Source: a virus (lineage: Duplodnaviria > Caudoviricetes). Taken from it: a DNA stretch of 58,672 bases. Made by a program: the position numbers and the translations under genes. Shown here in pieces: positions 8,996 to 19,304 of this stretch (positions are counted from its first letter, which is position 1; each line of letters begins with the position of its first letter). Below the pieces are notes generated by a model that was given only the letters and a program-made list of their open reading frames with translations, did no database searches and had not been told where the DNA came from. The DNA lies in IMG/VR virus record IMGVR_UViG_3300021440_000026, positions 1-58,672 of that record; one strand, written 5' to 3'.

Positions 8996-10755
8996 TGCCT
9001 GAAATTCAGTCTATTTTTGACATTGCGTCGAAACCCGGCATTAAGCGTGATGGAACGAATTTTGATAGCTCTTATTATAATGATGGGCAATGGGTTCGTT
9101 TCCAGCGCGGGAAGCCAAAAAAAATAGGCGGATACCGTTCAATTAGTGATATTTTGGCTGCGCCAATTCGCGCGACGCACACAGACAGCCGCGCATCCAC
9201 TAATTCAATTCATTCTTTTAGCCCTTGGGGAGTTGAAAGGCTTCAAGTTGATAATGTAGGAACTGGTGGTGCTGTTTATAACAGAACACCATCCGGCTTT
9301 ATAAAAAATGATAATCTTACATGGTCAACAGGGCAAATGTATAGTAGTACAGGCGGAGCATTTACTGCATTGATTGCGGCAGCTACGCCAGATTTATCGG
9401 ATATTTCAAGTGATTCAGGAGGTCGCGTTTATTCTGGCGATGTAACCGGAACAAGCGCGCTTACAGTCATTCAAGATGGCGCGGGTGACATTCTTGTTTC
9501 CGGTGGATGCGTAGTTCTTCAGCCATTTCTATTTGTATATGGAAGCAATGGTTTAATCAGGAATTCAAACCCTAACGATTATTCAGCGGCAACAGGGTGG
9601 ACAACTGGCGGATCAAATTATGCTAATAGCGCAAATCCATGTGGCACTAAGATTATTAAAGGGCTACCAATGCGCGGTGGCAGTGGGTCGCCTGCTGGGC
9701 TATTCTGGTCGCTTGATTCTTTAATTCGCGTAACCTTCACAGGCGGAACGACAATATGGAATTTTGATACAATTTCCTCTAGCATTTCAATTTTGTCTAA
9801 AAATTGTGTTGTGGAATACGATGGCATTTATTTTTGGGCTGGTGTTGATAGGTTCTATTTCTATAATGGCGTAGTGAAAGAATTGCCAAATGAAATGAAT
9901 TTGAACTATTTTTTTGACAATATGAACTTTTCACAGCGTCAAAAAGTATGGGCAATGAAAATTCCGCGTTATGGTGAAATTTGGTGGTTTTATCCTTCTG
10001 GTGGAAGTACAGAATGCAATCGAGCAGTAATCTTTAACGTTCGAGAAAGTACATGGTACGATATTGAGATAGGACGTAGTGCTGGCTCATCCCCGCAGCT
10101 TTTGACTTATCCAATTATGGCAGGAATAGAAGATAGCCAACAAACTAAACGCTTTCCTTTTACTGCAATAAGTGGCGCATTTGCTGCTGGAGATGTAATA
10201 ACTGGCGCAACAAGTAGTGCAAGTGGGACTATTTTAAAAATTGTTGGTGGGTACATGAATGTTTTAGTAAATGGGCTATCAATATTTTTAAATGGCGAAA
10301 CCATTTCTAACACTGAAGGATCAACAGGAACAATTGATGCGGAGCCAGTTGATCAACAATTAGATGTAATATGGCAGCATGAATTCGGGCACGATAAAAT
10401 CAAACAGCAAAATGTTAGTGCCATTAAAAGCTATATAGAAACAACAAACATGTCATTTACTACTGGTGGGCCATCGGAAAATGTTCAACCTACTGATATT
10501 CAAGCAGTCGTAAGCAGGATTGAGCCGGACTTTTTGCAAACAGGACAAATGAATTTGTATGTTGAGGGTGGAAGTTATGCAAATAGCCAAAATACAGAAT
10601 CAAGAATGTACACTTTTGAACCAACAACAGAATTTGTTGATTTGCGCGACCAACGCCGTTTAATCTCATTGAAATTTGAATCAAATATTGCTGGTGGACA
10701 TTATGAGATGGGGAAAGTTTTGGCAACCATCAAGCCGGGCGATAAGCGTGGTTAA
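8992..10755 (+). CDS. Tail nozzle / DNA-stabilisation protein (P22 gp10 / tubular protein B-like)
   Basis: KPGIKRDGT, WVRFQRGKPKKIGG, EIWWFYPS motifs; 587 aa beta-rich. Confidence 0.75.
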   Translation: MMPEIQSIFDIASKPGIKRDGTNFDSSYYNDGQWVRFQRGKPKKIGGYRSISDILAAPIRATHTDSRASTNSIHSFSPWGVERLQVDNVGTGGAVYNRTPSGFIKNDNLTWSTGQMYSSTGGAFTALIAAATPDLSDISSDSGGRVYSGDVTGTSALTVIQDGAGDILVSGGCVVLQPFLFVYGSNGLIRNSNPNDYSAATGWTTGGSNYANSANPCGTKIIKGLPMRGGSGSPAGLFWSLDSLIRVTFTGGTTIWNFDTISSSISILSKNCVVEYDGIYFWAGVDRFYFYNGVVKELPNEMNLNYFFDNMNFSQRQKVWAMKIPRYGEIWWFYPSGGSTECNRAVIFNVRESTWYDIEIGRSAGSSPQLLTYPIMAGIEDSQQTKRFPFTAISGAFAAGDVITGATSSASGTILKIVGGYMNVLVNGLSIFLNGETISNTEGSTGTIDAEPVDQQLDVIWQHEFGHDKIKQQNVSAIKSYIETTNMSFTTGGPSENVQPTDIQAVVSRIEPDFLQTGQMNLYVEGGSYANSQNTESRMYTFEPTTEFVDLRDQRRLISLKFESNIAGGHYEMGKVLATIKPGDKRG

Positions 10756-10987
10756 ATTTATTTGCCCTAACCCATACGGATTGCCATTTGAAAGATGGGC
10801 AAGTATTGTAAATGAAGAGTTATCGTTATACAATATAAGTATGCCAGTTAGTGAAAATGCGTGGGCGTTTTGGGCAACTAAAATATGTGAAATACTAGAT
10901 TTATCAGCAGAAGGCATGCCAAGTCCTGAAATGTACTCGGATTGGCGTGGATGGGCTGAAAAATTAACCGAAATTGCCCAAGGATAA
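10748..10987 (+). CDS. Small conserved virion-module protein
   Basis: GTG start overlapping the nozzle stop; Trp-rich (WA..P.P..YSDWRGWA). Confidence 0.55.
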   Translation: MVKFICPNPYGLPFERWASIVNEELSLYNISMPVSENAWAFWATKICEILDLSAEGMPSPEMYSDWRGWAEKLTEIAQG

Positions 10988-10989
10988 AA

Positions 10990-12072
10990 ATGCAACCGAC
11001 ATATCAAGACATTTTGCGCATGATTGCGGATCAGAAAGCCCAATATTCAGGCGAAGAAGTTGCGCCTTCATATTTTAACATCCCCGGGCTTGGTCAAGTT
11101 CAAGATGTTGGCGAAGGTGTAATAAACTATTCCGACCCTTCAAAATCAGGCTTTAACATTATGGAATCTGCTTCTAATGGCGGATACAATCCATATTTAG
11201 GCAAAGCAAGCAATCCTGCTGGTGGCGTAGATCAATATAGCTACGAGCAAAAAAATGGGATCGACCCTGTATTTTTGGCTATGGCTGGGTTGGCTGGCGG
11301 GCTTGGTGCAGGATTCGCTTCTGGTGCATTTGGCGGCGCGTCTGGTGCAGGTGGTGCGGCTGAAGCTGCTGGTGGGCTTGGTGGTGGCGCATTTGACCTT
11401 GGTGGCATTGCTGGTGGCGTTGAAGGCGCAGGCGGGGCAACGGGATTAGGATCAACGTTTGGTTTAGGCAATGCTGCTTTGCCTTCCACATTATCTTCTG
11501 AGTTTATTCCTTCTGCTGGCAGTGCAAGTTCTAACGGCGGGTTATCTTCTTTAAAGGATGTTGGTAGCGCATTGTTGAAACATCCTGATTTATTGGCTAC
11601 TGCTGGTGGGCTTGTTAATAAATTAGTTGGGGGCGGTTCATCGTCTGATTCTGGAAATGGTGGTGGCGCATTAGCTGGCATGTCTGGAGGATGGAATCCG
11701 CAACAACAACAAACGGCAAATGATTACTTTAGCAAGTCATCCGCAAGACAAGTCAACCCTTACGATGGCAACCTTTCTCGTGCACCTATTGAAGGTGGCG
11801 AACATCAATGGTTCAAGCCTATGGCTGAAGGTGGTCATGTAGAAGGAGATATGTCTGGCGGTCAGGATGATGTGGTGCCGATTATGGGTGCGCATGGCGA
11901 ATATATGCTTGATGCCGATACTGTAAGTGCTTTAGGCGATGGTTCAACGGATGCAGGAATTCGTAAACTCGACCAATTCAGGAAGGCATTACGGGAGCAT
12001 AAGCGAAGTGCGCCATCTCATTCTATCCCGCCACGCGCATTATCAATTACAGATTATATGAGGGGCAAATAA
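10990..12072 (+). CDS. Internal virion / ejection protein
   Basis: Gly-rich; C-terminal MAEGG..GGQDDVVP..GEYMLDADTVSALGDGSTDAG motif. Confidence 0.65.
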   Translation: MQPTYQDILRMIADQKAQYSGEEVAPSYFNIPGLGQVQDVGEGVINYSDPSKSGFNIMESASNGGYNPYLGKASNPAGGVDQYSYEQKNGIDPVFLAMAGLAGGLGAGFASGAFGGASGAGGAAEAAGGLGGGAFDLGGIAGGVEGAGGATGLGSTFGLGNAALPSTLSSEFIPSAGSASSNGGLSSLKDVGSALLKHPDLLATAGGLVNKLVGGGSSSDSGNGGGALAGMSGGWNPQQQQTANDYFSKSSARQVNPYDGNLSRAPIEGGEHQWFKPMAEGGHVEGDMSGGQDDVVPIMGAHGEYMLDADTVSALGDGSTDAGIRKLDQFRKALREHKRSAPSHSIPPRALSITDYMRGK

Positions 12073-13112
12073 TGGCTGATTTTTTTAATGGTGGATTAAC
12101 TAGTGGCGGGACTGCGACTAGTTCTACTCAACTTCCAGCATGGTTGCAAAATTATACGCAAGGTGTTGCAGGCAAAGCAATAGACATCGCAAATCGCCCT
12201 TATCAGGCATATCCCGGGCAAAGGCTTGCAGATTTTACGCCAGATCAGAATACTTCATTTAATGCTATTCGTGCAAACCAAGGAAATTGGAAGCCCGCTT
12301 TAAATACAGCGAATGATAATATTTCATCGGCGGGGCAATATGGAAAAGCTGCGCAATCTTCCGTTGCTGGTGATGCGCAAAAGTGGGGAAATAATTGGCA
12401 ATCGTATATGTCTCCGTACACGTCTGCGGTTACGAATGAAATTTCTCGTCTTGGCAATCAAAACCTAAATGAAAACCTTATCCCAAGCGTCCAAGATAAA
12501 TTTTTGGGAAGTGGACAATTTGGCTCTACGCGTAATGCTGACATTTTAGGGCGAACTGTGCGCGATGCACAAGCGGATATTTCAGGAAAGCAAGCACAAG
12601 CACTTGAATCTGGCTATGGTACTTCAGCAAATATATTTAATGCTGATGCTAACCGACAACAACAACAGCAGCAATTACAGGCACAAACAAATCTTGGTGC
12701 TGGTGCTTTATCAAATAATAGCGCACAAATTGGGAATACGTTAGCCAACACAACATCAAATTTATCGTCGCAAGATGCTAATGCGCTATATGGTATTGGC
12801 ACAAAACAGCAAGCATTGAACCAAGCTGGACTTGATATTGGTTATCAGGATTTTCAAAACCAAAGAGATTACGATAAGAATAATCTTAATTGGCTTACTG
12901 GCGTTGCAAATGGATTGCCACGATCTGGGCAAACTACCACAAGTTCTACGCAAACGCCTTCTACTTCTGCGGCAAGTTATTTGACGGCAGGTGCAGGGCT
13001 AATGAATAAATACTATCCTGACTGGTTATCTGGTTTATCAAATGGTTCTTCCCCTTCATCATCCCCTTCAACATTTGGATATGATGGGATCAAAGATTTA
13101 GTGGGGTTATAA
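12072..13112 (+). CDS. DNA ejection protein
   Basis: LPAW..PYQAYPGQRLADFTPDQ, YMSPYT, GQFGSTR motifs; Gln/Asn-rich. Confidence 0.65.
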   Translation: MADFFNGGLTSGGTATSSTQLPAWLQNYTQGVAGKAIDIANRPYQAYPGQRLADFTPDQNTSFNAIRANQGNWKPALNTANDNISSAGQYGKAAQSSVAGDAQKWGNNWQSYMSPYTSAVTNEISRLGNQNLNENLIPSVQDKFLGSGQFGSTRNADILGRTVRDAQADISGKQAQALESGYGTSANIFNADANRQQQQQQLQAQTNLGAGALSNNSAQIGNTLANTTSNLSSQDANALYGIGTKQQALNQAGLDIGYQDFQNQRDYDKNNLNWLTGVANGLPRSGQTTTSSTQTPSTSAASYLTAGAGLMNKYYPDWLSGLSNGSSPSSSPSTFGYDGIKDLVGL

Positions 13113-14933
13113 ATGAGCGATGAATTAAAAGGTGCTTTGAGCGGATTAAGTAATTCTGGTGGGAATGATGCCTTAATGGGCGCGCTATCTGGGCTTTCTT
13201 CAAACCCTATTGACCCTAACAGAAAATGGGGCGCATTTGCTGCGGGGGTTCTTGCGCCTAAACGCGCAGCAGACTTTGGTGAATCTCTTTCTGGTGGCTT
13301 ATCTGCCATGAATGACGTTGAAGGAAAACAAGAGGCATTAAAAGCGTCGTATGTGCCACACGTTACCCAAGCATTGCTTGAAGCGGCTAAACTGCAACAG
13401 CAACGCATGTTAAATGATCAGTTTTTGCGTGATGTTGGCGGAAGTCAACCGCAACAATCTATAGTTACTCCGATGCCGGGACAATTTGGTAGTGGGACAT
13501 TTGGGGCTATTCCATTACCTAACGGAATGCCTCAAATTCCGCAATCAGTGCCACAGCAGCGAGCTGGCGGATTGGCTGGGCTAACACCTGAACAAGTTGC
13601 ATTCTATAAAATGAATGGGAAAGATTTGGGCGACCTTTGGAAAACTGCTAATGAAGGATTCCAAGAACAGCCCGGCACGTTCCGCAGAATGCCGGATGGC
13701 AGTTCTAAATTTATCCCAGACCTTAAGAACAATGCTGCTGGATTTGATCAGTCAACTAATAGCATTATCCCTATATCCAATTTTAATGAAATTCAAGCGG
13801 GGACAGAGGGCGCAAAAACTGACGCTCAGGAAAAAGCTAAAGCTAGGTACGATCTTGTGAAGCCGGATGATTTCCGTTTGTCTGGGGAGAAAACAATTAA
13901 GCCCGGGACTACTCGCCTTGATATGGTTTCAAATTCTCGTGGTGTTGCAAATAGTTCTGGTGGCAGCTCTATGGATACGCCTTCTCATTTTTTAAACCAA
14001 AATGGAACCGCAAACGGATTGCAAGGGCTTGATGTATCCAAGTTATCGCCACAGCAAAAAACGGCATTAGCAAGAAAAGACCCAGAAGGGTACGCAAGGT
14101 CAATAGAGAATTTTTATAAAAATCAATATCAATTATCACAGCAACCTACTAGCGCACCAGTTGATTCAGGATTGCCTGATCAATACCAAACGCCGGAAGA
14201 AAAACAAAGATCGGAAGCTGCAATTAAATTACAAACTCAGCCATTACTTGATTATCAAACTAAACGTGCTTATTCTGCTGACAAAGAAGAGAATGATATT
14301 AACTCTCAAGCGCAAAATGCGGCAGATTTTTCTAAACGTATTTCAGATATGCGTACAATTCTTTCTGCTTTTGACCCTAATTCCGGCACTCCAACACGAA
14401 AGAGAGTGGCAGAAATGGCACAAGCATCTGGGATGCCTGATAATGTAGTAAATAAAATAGCTGGGGGAGATTTGGCAGCATTGCAAACATTCCAAAAATT
14501 AGCGGTTACAAACTCAATGGAAGCATTGAAGTCTGATATGGAAAATGGACGTATTACGCAAGCAGAGTTCCAAATTTACAAGGATAACAATCCTAATATA
14601 GGAATTTTAAAATCTGCTACAGAAAATATTTTTAATCGTGCGCAAGAACGAAACAAACTTGCTCTTGATAAACAAAAGGCTTACGTTGAGTATAAGAAAA
14701 AAGCTATTGAAAGCGGACATATCCCTGATAATTTTTCTTCTTATTGGAATAATCATTTGCAAGATTCTGGAGTTGTTAAAAATGAAATTTCTGGTGGCGG
14801 AGATACAAAAACACCAAATCCAGTAAAAAATTTACCTTTTAAAAATTCAAATGGGTGGATTTTGCACACAGATTCACAAGGCAATAAAGCATATGTAAGT
14901 CCTGATAGAAAACAATTCCAAGAGGTGAAATAA
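13113..14933 (+). CDS. DNA ejection protein
   Basis: Large helical Gln/Ser-rich protein in the ejection cluster. Confidence 0.55.
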   Translation: MSDELKGALSGLSNSGGNDALMGALSGLSSNPIDPNRKWGAFAAGVLAPKRAADFGESLSGGLSAMNDVEGKQEALKASYVPHVTQALLEAAKLQQQRMLNDQFLRDVGGSQPQQSIVTPMPGQFGSGTFGAIPLPNGMPQIPQSVPQQRAGGLAGLTPEQVAFYKMNGKDLGDLWKTANEGFQEQPGTFRRMPDGSSKFIPDLKNNAAGFDQSTNSIIPISNFNEIQAGTEGAKTDAQEKAKARYDLVKPDDFRLSGEKTIKPGTTRLDMVSNSRGVANSSGGSSMDTPSHFLNQNGTANGLQGLDVSKLSPQQKTALARKDPEGYARSIENFYKNQYQLSQQPTSAPVDSGLPDQYQTPEEKQRSEAAIKLQTQPLLDYQTKRAYSADKEENDINSQAQNAADFSKRISDMRTILSAFDPNSGTPTRKRVAEMAQASGMPDNVVNKIAGGDLAALQTFQKLAVTNSMEALKSDMENGRITQAEFQIYKDNNPNIGILKSATENIFNRAQERNKLALDKQKAYVEYKKKAIESGHIPDNFSSYWNNHLQDSGVVKNEISGGGDTKTPNPVKNLPFKNSNGWILHTDSQGNKAYVSPDRKQFQEVK

Positions 14934-16729
14934 TGCCATTCGATTTATCTAGTGCATCTCCTATTTTGGAAGAAAACAATGGAGTAAGCGGTTTTGATTT
15001 ATCTACCGCGCAACCAGAAAGATTTAGTTCTGGCGTGCCAGTTTCTTCTTCAAAACAAATTAGTTCTAGGTCATCTAAATATGTTGCGCCAAATTTGACA
15101 GCAACGTTAAACGCGAATTCCCCATCTAATGATCATAAAATAGAAAACTTTATTTATGGCTCTCTTAAAGGTGGGGCTGATTTGGCTTATGCACCAGCTC
15201 AACTCATTGCAAATGGAATCGCAAAAATATCTGGCAATGGTGCTATTGGAAGAAAAACGAAAGAATTAGCAGAGCAATTAAATAATTACGTTAAAAAACA
15301 AGAAGACACATATCAAAGTCTTACTCCCGGCTCTACTTCTGCTGGGGTAGGAAGATTTATAGGTGGTGCGGCTCCATTTTTATTAAGTGGAGGGACAACG
15401 GCCGCCGCTCAAACTCCAGGAATTTTTCCTAAAATTTATGGAATTGGCAAGTCCGCAATAACTGGTGCGGGGTTTTCTGCTGCGCAACCAGTCGATAATG
15501 TTGAAACATATTATGATCCATCTACCGGAGAAAAAACCAATGATTATTTTGGTAAAAAATTTGACCAATTAAAAAATGGGGCTATGTTTGGTGCTGCTGC
15601 AAAACCAATTGCTGCAACATTAGGTCGCGTAATTAGTCCACAAACTTCTAGTGATGTAGAAAAACTAATTAACGAAGGTGTTACGCCAACAATCGGTCAA
15701 ATTTTAGGGGGGGCATTTAAAACAACTGAAGATAAGGCAACAAGTATCCCTTTAGTTGGTGATTTTATTAAAAATGCTCAACGTCGGTCAATTGAACAAT
15801 TTAATACAGCAGCACAAAATAGAGCATTAAACCCTATTGGGCAAAAATCTTCAGGAATTGGAAGAGAAGGATTTTATGACATGAAAAATAAATTAGGAAA
15901 GGCGTATGATGATTTACTTCCTAATTTGCAATTTAAAGCAGACCCGCAATTTTCAGCAGAAACATCTAATTTAATTAACATGGTAAACAATGGCAATATT
16001 CCGCCAGAAATTTCAGAACAATTTCAAAACATATTAAAAAATGATGTTTTCTCTAGGATGACAAATAAAGGAACAATGGATGGAAAAAATTTTCAACAAA
16101 TGAAAGAGTCATTAAGTAAAAAAATTAAAGGATATAATGGCTCAACAGACCCAGATCAAAGAATTTTAGGTTCTGCTTTAGATGAAGCACTATCTTCAGC
16201 TAGGGGAGTATTGAAACGCTCTAACCCAGAGTATTTACAACAATTAGATGCAATTGATAAAGGATACGCTAATTATGCAAGAATTCGTGACGCATCAACA
16301 AAATTAGGTGCTGATGGTGGGATATTTACTCCAGCGCAATTACAAAATTCTGTTCGCAATCAAGATAATTCAGTTGGGAAATCTGCATTTGGTTCTGGCA
16401 ATGCTTTAATGCAAGATTTATCAGAATCAGGGAAAAATGTTCTTGGCTCTAACTATCCTGATAGTGGGACAGCGGGGCGAATGATGCTAGGCGGGCTGGC
16501 TAGTATTGGTTCAGGTGCTGGGTTAAATGCAATTGGCTTGGGCTCTGTGAACCCATTCCTCGCAGCAACTGGGGCTGCATCAATATTGCCATACACTAAA
16601 CTTGGGCAGTTTTTAACATCAAAAGCATTAACTGCTCGGCCTGATTCAGCAGGAGCATTGTCAAACTTATTAAATAAGTCTGCTCCGTATATTGGTTCTG
16701 ATGTATCGCCATATTTTACATCTGATTAA
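14933..16729 (+). CDS. DNA ejection protein (P22 gp16/gp20-like position)
   Basis: MPFDLSSA/GFDLSTA N-terminal repeat, GVTPTIGQ and PDSGTAGR motifs, hydrophobic Gly-rich C-terminus. Confidence 0.6.
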   Translation: MPFDLSSASPILEENNGVSGFDLSTAQPERFSSGVPVSSSKQISSRSSKYVAPNLTATLNANSPSNDHKIENFIYGSLKGGADLAYAPAQLIANGIAKISGNGAIGRKTKELAEQLNNYVKKQEDTYQSLTPGSTSAGVGRFIGGAAPFLLSGGTTAAAQTPGIFPKIYGIGKSAITGAGFSAAQPVDNVETYYDPSTGEKTNDYFGKKFDQLKNGAMFGAAAKPIAATLGRVISPQTSSDVEKLINEGVTPTIGQILGGAFKTTEDKATSIPLVGDFIKNAQRRSIEQFNTAAQNRALNPIGQKSSGIGREGFYDMKNKLGKAYDDLLPNLQFKADPQFSAETSNLINMVNNGNIPPEISEQFQNILKNDVFSRMTNKGTMDGKNFQQMKESLSKKIKGYNGSTDPDQRILGSALDEALSSARGVLKRSNPEYLQQLDAIDKGYANYARIRDASTKLGADGGIFTPAQLQNSVRNQDNSVGKSAFGSGNALMQDLSESGKNVLGSNYPDSGTAGRMMLGGLASIGSGAGLNAIGLGSVNPFLAATGAASILPYTKLGQFLTSKALTARPDSAGALSNLLNKSAPYIGSDVSPYFTSD

Positions 16730-16788
16730 AAAATGTCGTCATTATGTTAATAAGTGTTTAAATTGTAAAAATTTACAAAGGAAATAAA

Positions 16789-17106
16789 ATGCCAGCTCAA
16801 CAAGTTACAGTTTCTTCAGCCACAACTAGCGCGCCACTTCCATTAGATTTTAGAGCATCATCTTTCCAAGTTGGCTTTGGTTGCGTAGTTACTGGAACAC
16901 TAACTTATAAAGTGCAACATACATTTGATGATGTCCAAAACCCATTGGTTACGCCAACATGGTTTGACCACCCTGATGTTACATCAAAAACCGCAAATGC
17001 GGATGGGAATTATGCTTTCCCAATTTTGGCAATGCGGCTTAATGTAACCGCGTATACGTCAGGAAGTGTCACAATGTCAGTACTTCAATCTGCTGGGAAG
17101 TTATAA
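16789..17106 (+). CDS. Small beta-rich virion protein
   Basis: YKVQHTFDD..WF..DGNYAFP..RLNV pattern; AAGGA RBS. Confidence 0.55.
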   Translation: MPAQQVTVSSATTSAPLPLDFRASSFQVGFGCVVTGTLTYKVQHTFDDVQNPLVTPTWFDHPDVTSKTANADGNYAFPILAMRLNVTAYTSGSVTMSVLQSAGKL

Positions 17107-17107
17107 T

Positions 17108-18223
17108 ATGTCAGTTTCGATCATTAAAAGTGTCGAAGCAACTGCAACAAATTTACAACCATATAGCAGAAAGGTTGGGCATTCTAGCATGATGAAATCA
17201 ACTGGATCGTCTGGCGTTGTATTGCCAAGCAATGGCGCATCTTCTAGCGCGTATGACATTGGGGTAATTTATTTCCCCGGATGGAAAAATAATGCGCCCG
17301 GCGCGCCAAGTGCTCTCCCTTGGGTTCCAATCCAAACATTAGCACCAAATAGGCAGCCAGTGCAAGGTTATTATGCAGAAGGGCAAGTTTCTGTTATGGA
17401 AACGCAGCTTTCTCAAATGCAATATGCTGGAATTAAATGGATGGCGATGGATTATTACTGGGATAATGGTCAAGAATTTTTATACCATGCGTCCGATGCT
17501 TTATTCCAAGCGACAAACCGTGGAGACATAAAATTTCTTTTGTTTTGGGCAAATCACGGAACCGCGCCAACATCATTGGTTGATTTTGATAACATGGTGG
17601 ACAATTGGATTAGCCGATATTTTAGCAAGTCATATTACAAAAAAATTGATGGCGTTCCTTTGGTAATGGTTTTCAGTATTGAAGATTTAGAACAAGCGGC
17701 AACGTTGTTTGGGTATACTGTAAAGCAATTATTTGATCGCGCAAACCAAAGAGTATTTAACGCAGGATTAGGCGGCGTTAAATTTGTAGGCTCTGCTGTA
17801 TCAAGTAATCCATATTATACAACGGCAGGCTGTTCTGCACTTTCAATTTATAATTTCCATTATAACTCATTAAATACACTTGCACATTCTTATCAAGAGC
17901 TTGATGAAGGGTACAGAGTAATTTGGAATCGTATTTTTACAACTGCAACAATGCCATATATTACGCCTATGACTGCGGGATGGGATAAAACCCCATGGGG
18001 TGGATGGGCTGGTGATCCGTTGCACGACCAATGCCAAAGTACTGCATCATCTTTTAAAAATCACATGCTAGCAGCAAAAGCATATATGGATACGTTCCCC
18101 GATGTTTCTCTTAAAATGGGGCTTATATGCGCATGGAATGAGCTTGGAGAAGGAAGTTATGTTGAGCCAACTGTAGAACGTGGAAATACTTATCTTGACG
18201 CAATAAAAGAGGTATTCGGATAA
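17108..18223 (+). CDS. Glycoside hydrolase family 99-like (WbsX-like) protein
   Basis: YFPGW, P..GYY, DYYW, FWANH, YKKIDGVP, GWDKTPW and AWNELGEGSYVEP (ExxE) motifs; ATG at 17108 preferred over the annotated upstream start. Confidence 0.8.
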   Translation: MSVSIIKSVEATATNLQPYSRKVGHSSMMKSTGSSGVVLPSNGASSSAYDIGVIYFPGWKNNAPGAPSALPWVPIQTLAPNRQPVQGYYAEGQVSVMETQLSQMQYAGIKWMAMDYYWDNGQEFLYHASDALFQATNRGDIKFLLFWANHGTAPTSLVDFDNMVDNWISRYFSKSYYKKIDGVPLVMVFSIEDLEQAATLFGYTVKQLFDRANQRVFNAGLGGVKFVGSAVSSNPYYTTAGCSALSIYNFHYNSLNTLAHSYQELDEGYRVIWNRIFTTATMPYITPMTAGWDKTPWGGWAGDPLHDQCQSTASSFKNHMLAAKAYMDTFPDVSLKMGLICAWNELGEGSYVEPTVERGNTYLDAIKEVFG

Positions 18224-18726
18224 TGGACACTATCACACTTCGCTTCACGACGAAATGGCCGTATAACCCTGTGAGTTTGGCGGTTGCGCGATTAGGCGGT
18301 TCTCGGGATTGGTCACACGTAATTGCAATAGTTGACAATATGGCTTATGAAGCAACCATGCTATACTTTCAAGATGGAAACATTCGCAGCCCGCGCTCTG
18401 GGGTTCGGAGGGTTCCTGTTGATGTTGCGATGCACGGAGTTAAGGCGTATCGCGATATGGTTGTGCCTGTTGCTAGCTTACAGGATTCTATCGCATGGGC
18501 GCAACAAATGGAAGGCAAGAAGTATGATTTTGCAGGTGCTTTAGGATTGCCATTGTTATCTAGCGACGATTGGGCGGACGATAGCAAATGGTGGTGTTCA
18601 GAATTTGTTTTTATGATGTTAGGTGTTGGGGGAAATTGGGTGCTTGATCCTGCCGAGAAAAAGCGCGTTACACCAAATGACCTATTCCAATGTAATTACA
18701 AAAAATCGGCGATAGTGAGATTGTGA
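18223..18726 (+). CDS. Permuted papain-like NlpC/P60 (YiiX/YebB-like) protein
   Basis: His motif WSHV precedes GKKYD and the Cys motif WWCSE; C-terminal VTPNDL. Confidence 0.75.
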   Translation: MDTITLRFTTKWPYNPVSLAVARLGGSRDWSHVIAIVDNMAYEATMLYFQDGNIRSPRSGVRRVPVDVAMHGVKAYRDMVVPVASLQDSIAWAQQMEGKKYDFAGALGLPLLSSDDWADDSKWWCSEFVFMMLGVGGNWVLDPAEKKRVTPNDLFQCNYKKSAIVRL

Positions 18727-19304
18727 TGACCATTGCGTTAACCTTTTCCGAAATTCTTACGGCATTAAGCCTTTTGGGTGGCGGTCTTATAGCCCTTTGT
18801 GCATTTATGTGGAACCTTATTCGGACAGTTACAGCGGGACATGAAAGATGGATTGCTATTGAGACTTTTATAAAAGGAACAGAAGATGATAGAATTTTAA
18901 ATAAAAACTTGCTTGAGAAATTTGAAGGTCGTTTAGAAATACAAAACGACAGACTTTCTCAATTAGAAACACAAACCCATCAAAGATGGATAACGATTGA
19001 AAATTTTATGAAAGAGATCGTTAGCGATAGAATGACAAACAAGGATTTGTTTGAGAAATTTGAAGATCGGCTTGAACGTCAAAATGATAGACTTTCCCAG
19101 TTAGAAACGCAAACAATTACGCGAATTGAGATTCTCGAAACACTAAAAAGAACAGAGCAATTTTTCACTCAAATTGTTATGCAATTGCAATTTTTATCGA
19201 AAACCCCTATTAAAGTGGAATCGCCAGATTTGCAAAGTCCAATTCTAAAAAGACAAACGCAAATGGACGATAGAAGCCAAAATCGACGGGCAAATGACAA
19301 ATGA
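18723..19304 (+). CDS. Membrane protein with N-terminal TM helix and duplicated coiled coil (holin/antiholin candidate)
   Basis: Hydrophobic residues ~4-33; 46-aa tandem duplication; directly upstream of the endolysin. Confidence 0.5.
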   Translation: MMTIALTFSEILTALSLLGGGLIALCAFMWNLIRTVTAGHERWIAIETFIKGTEDDRILNKNLLEKFEGRLEIQNDRLSQLETQTHQRWITIENFMKEIVSDRMTNKDLFEKFEDRLERQNDRLSQLETQTITRIEILETLKRTEQFFTQIVMQLQFLSKTPIKVESPDLQSPILKRQTQMDDRSQNRRANDK

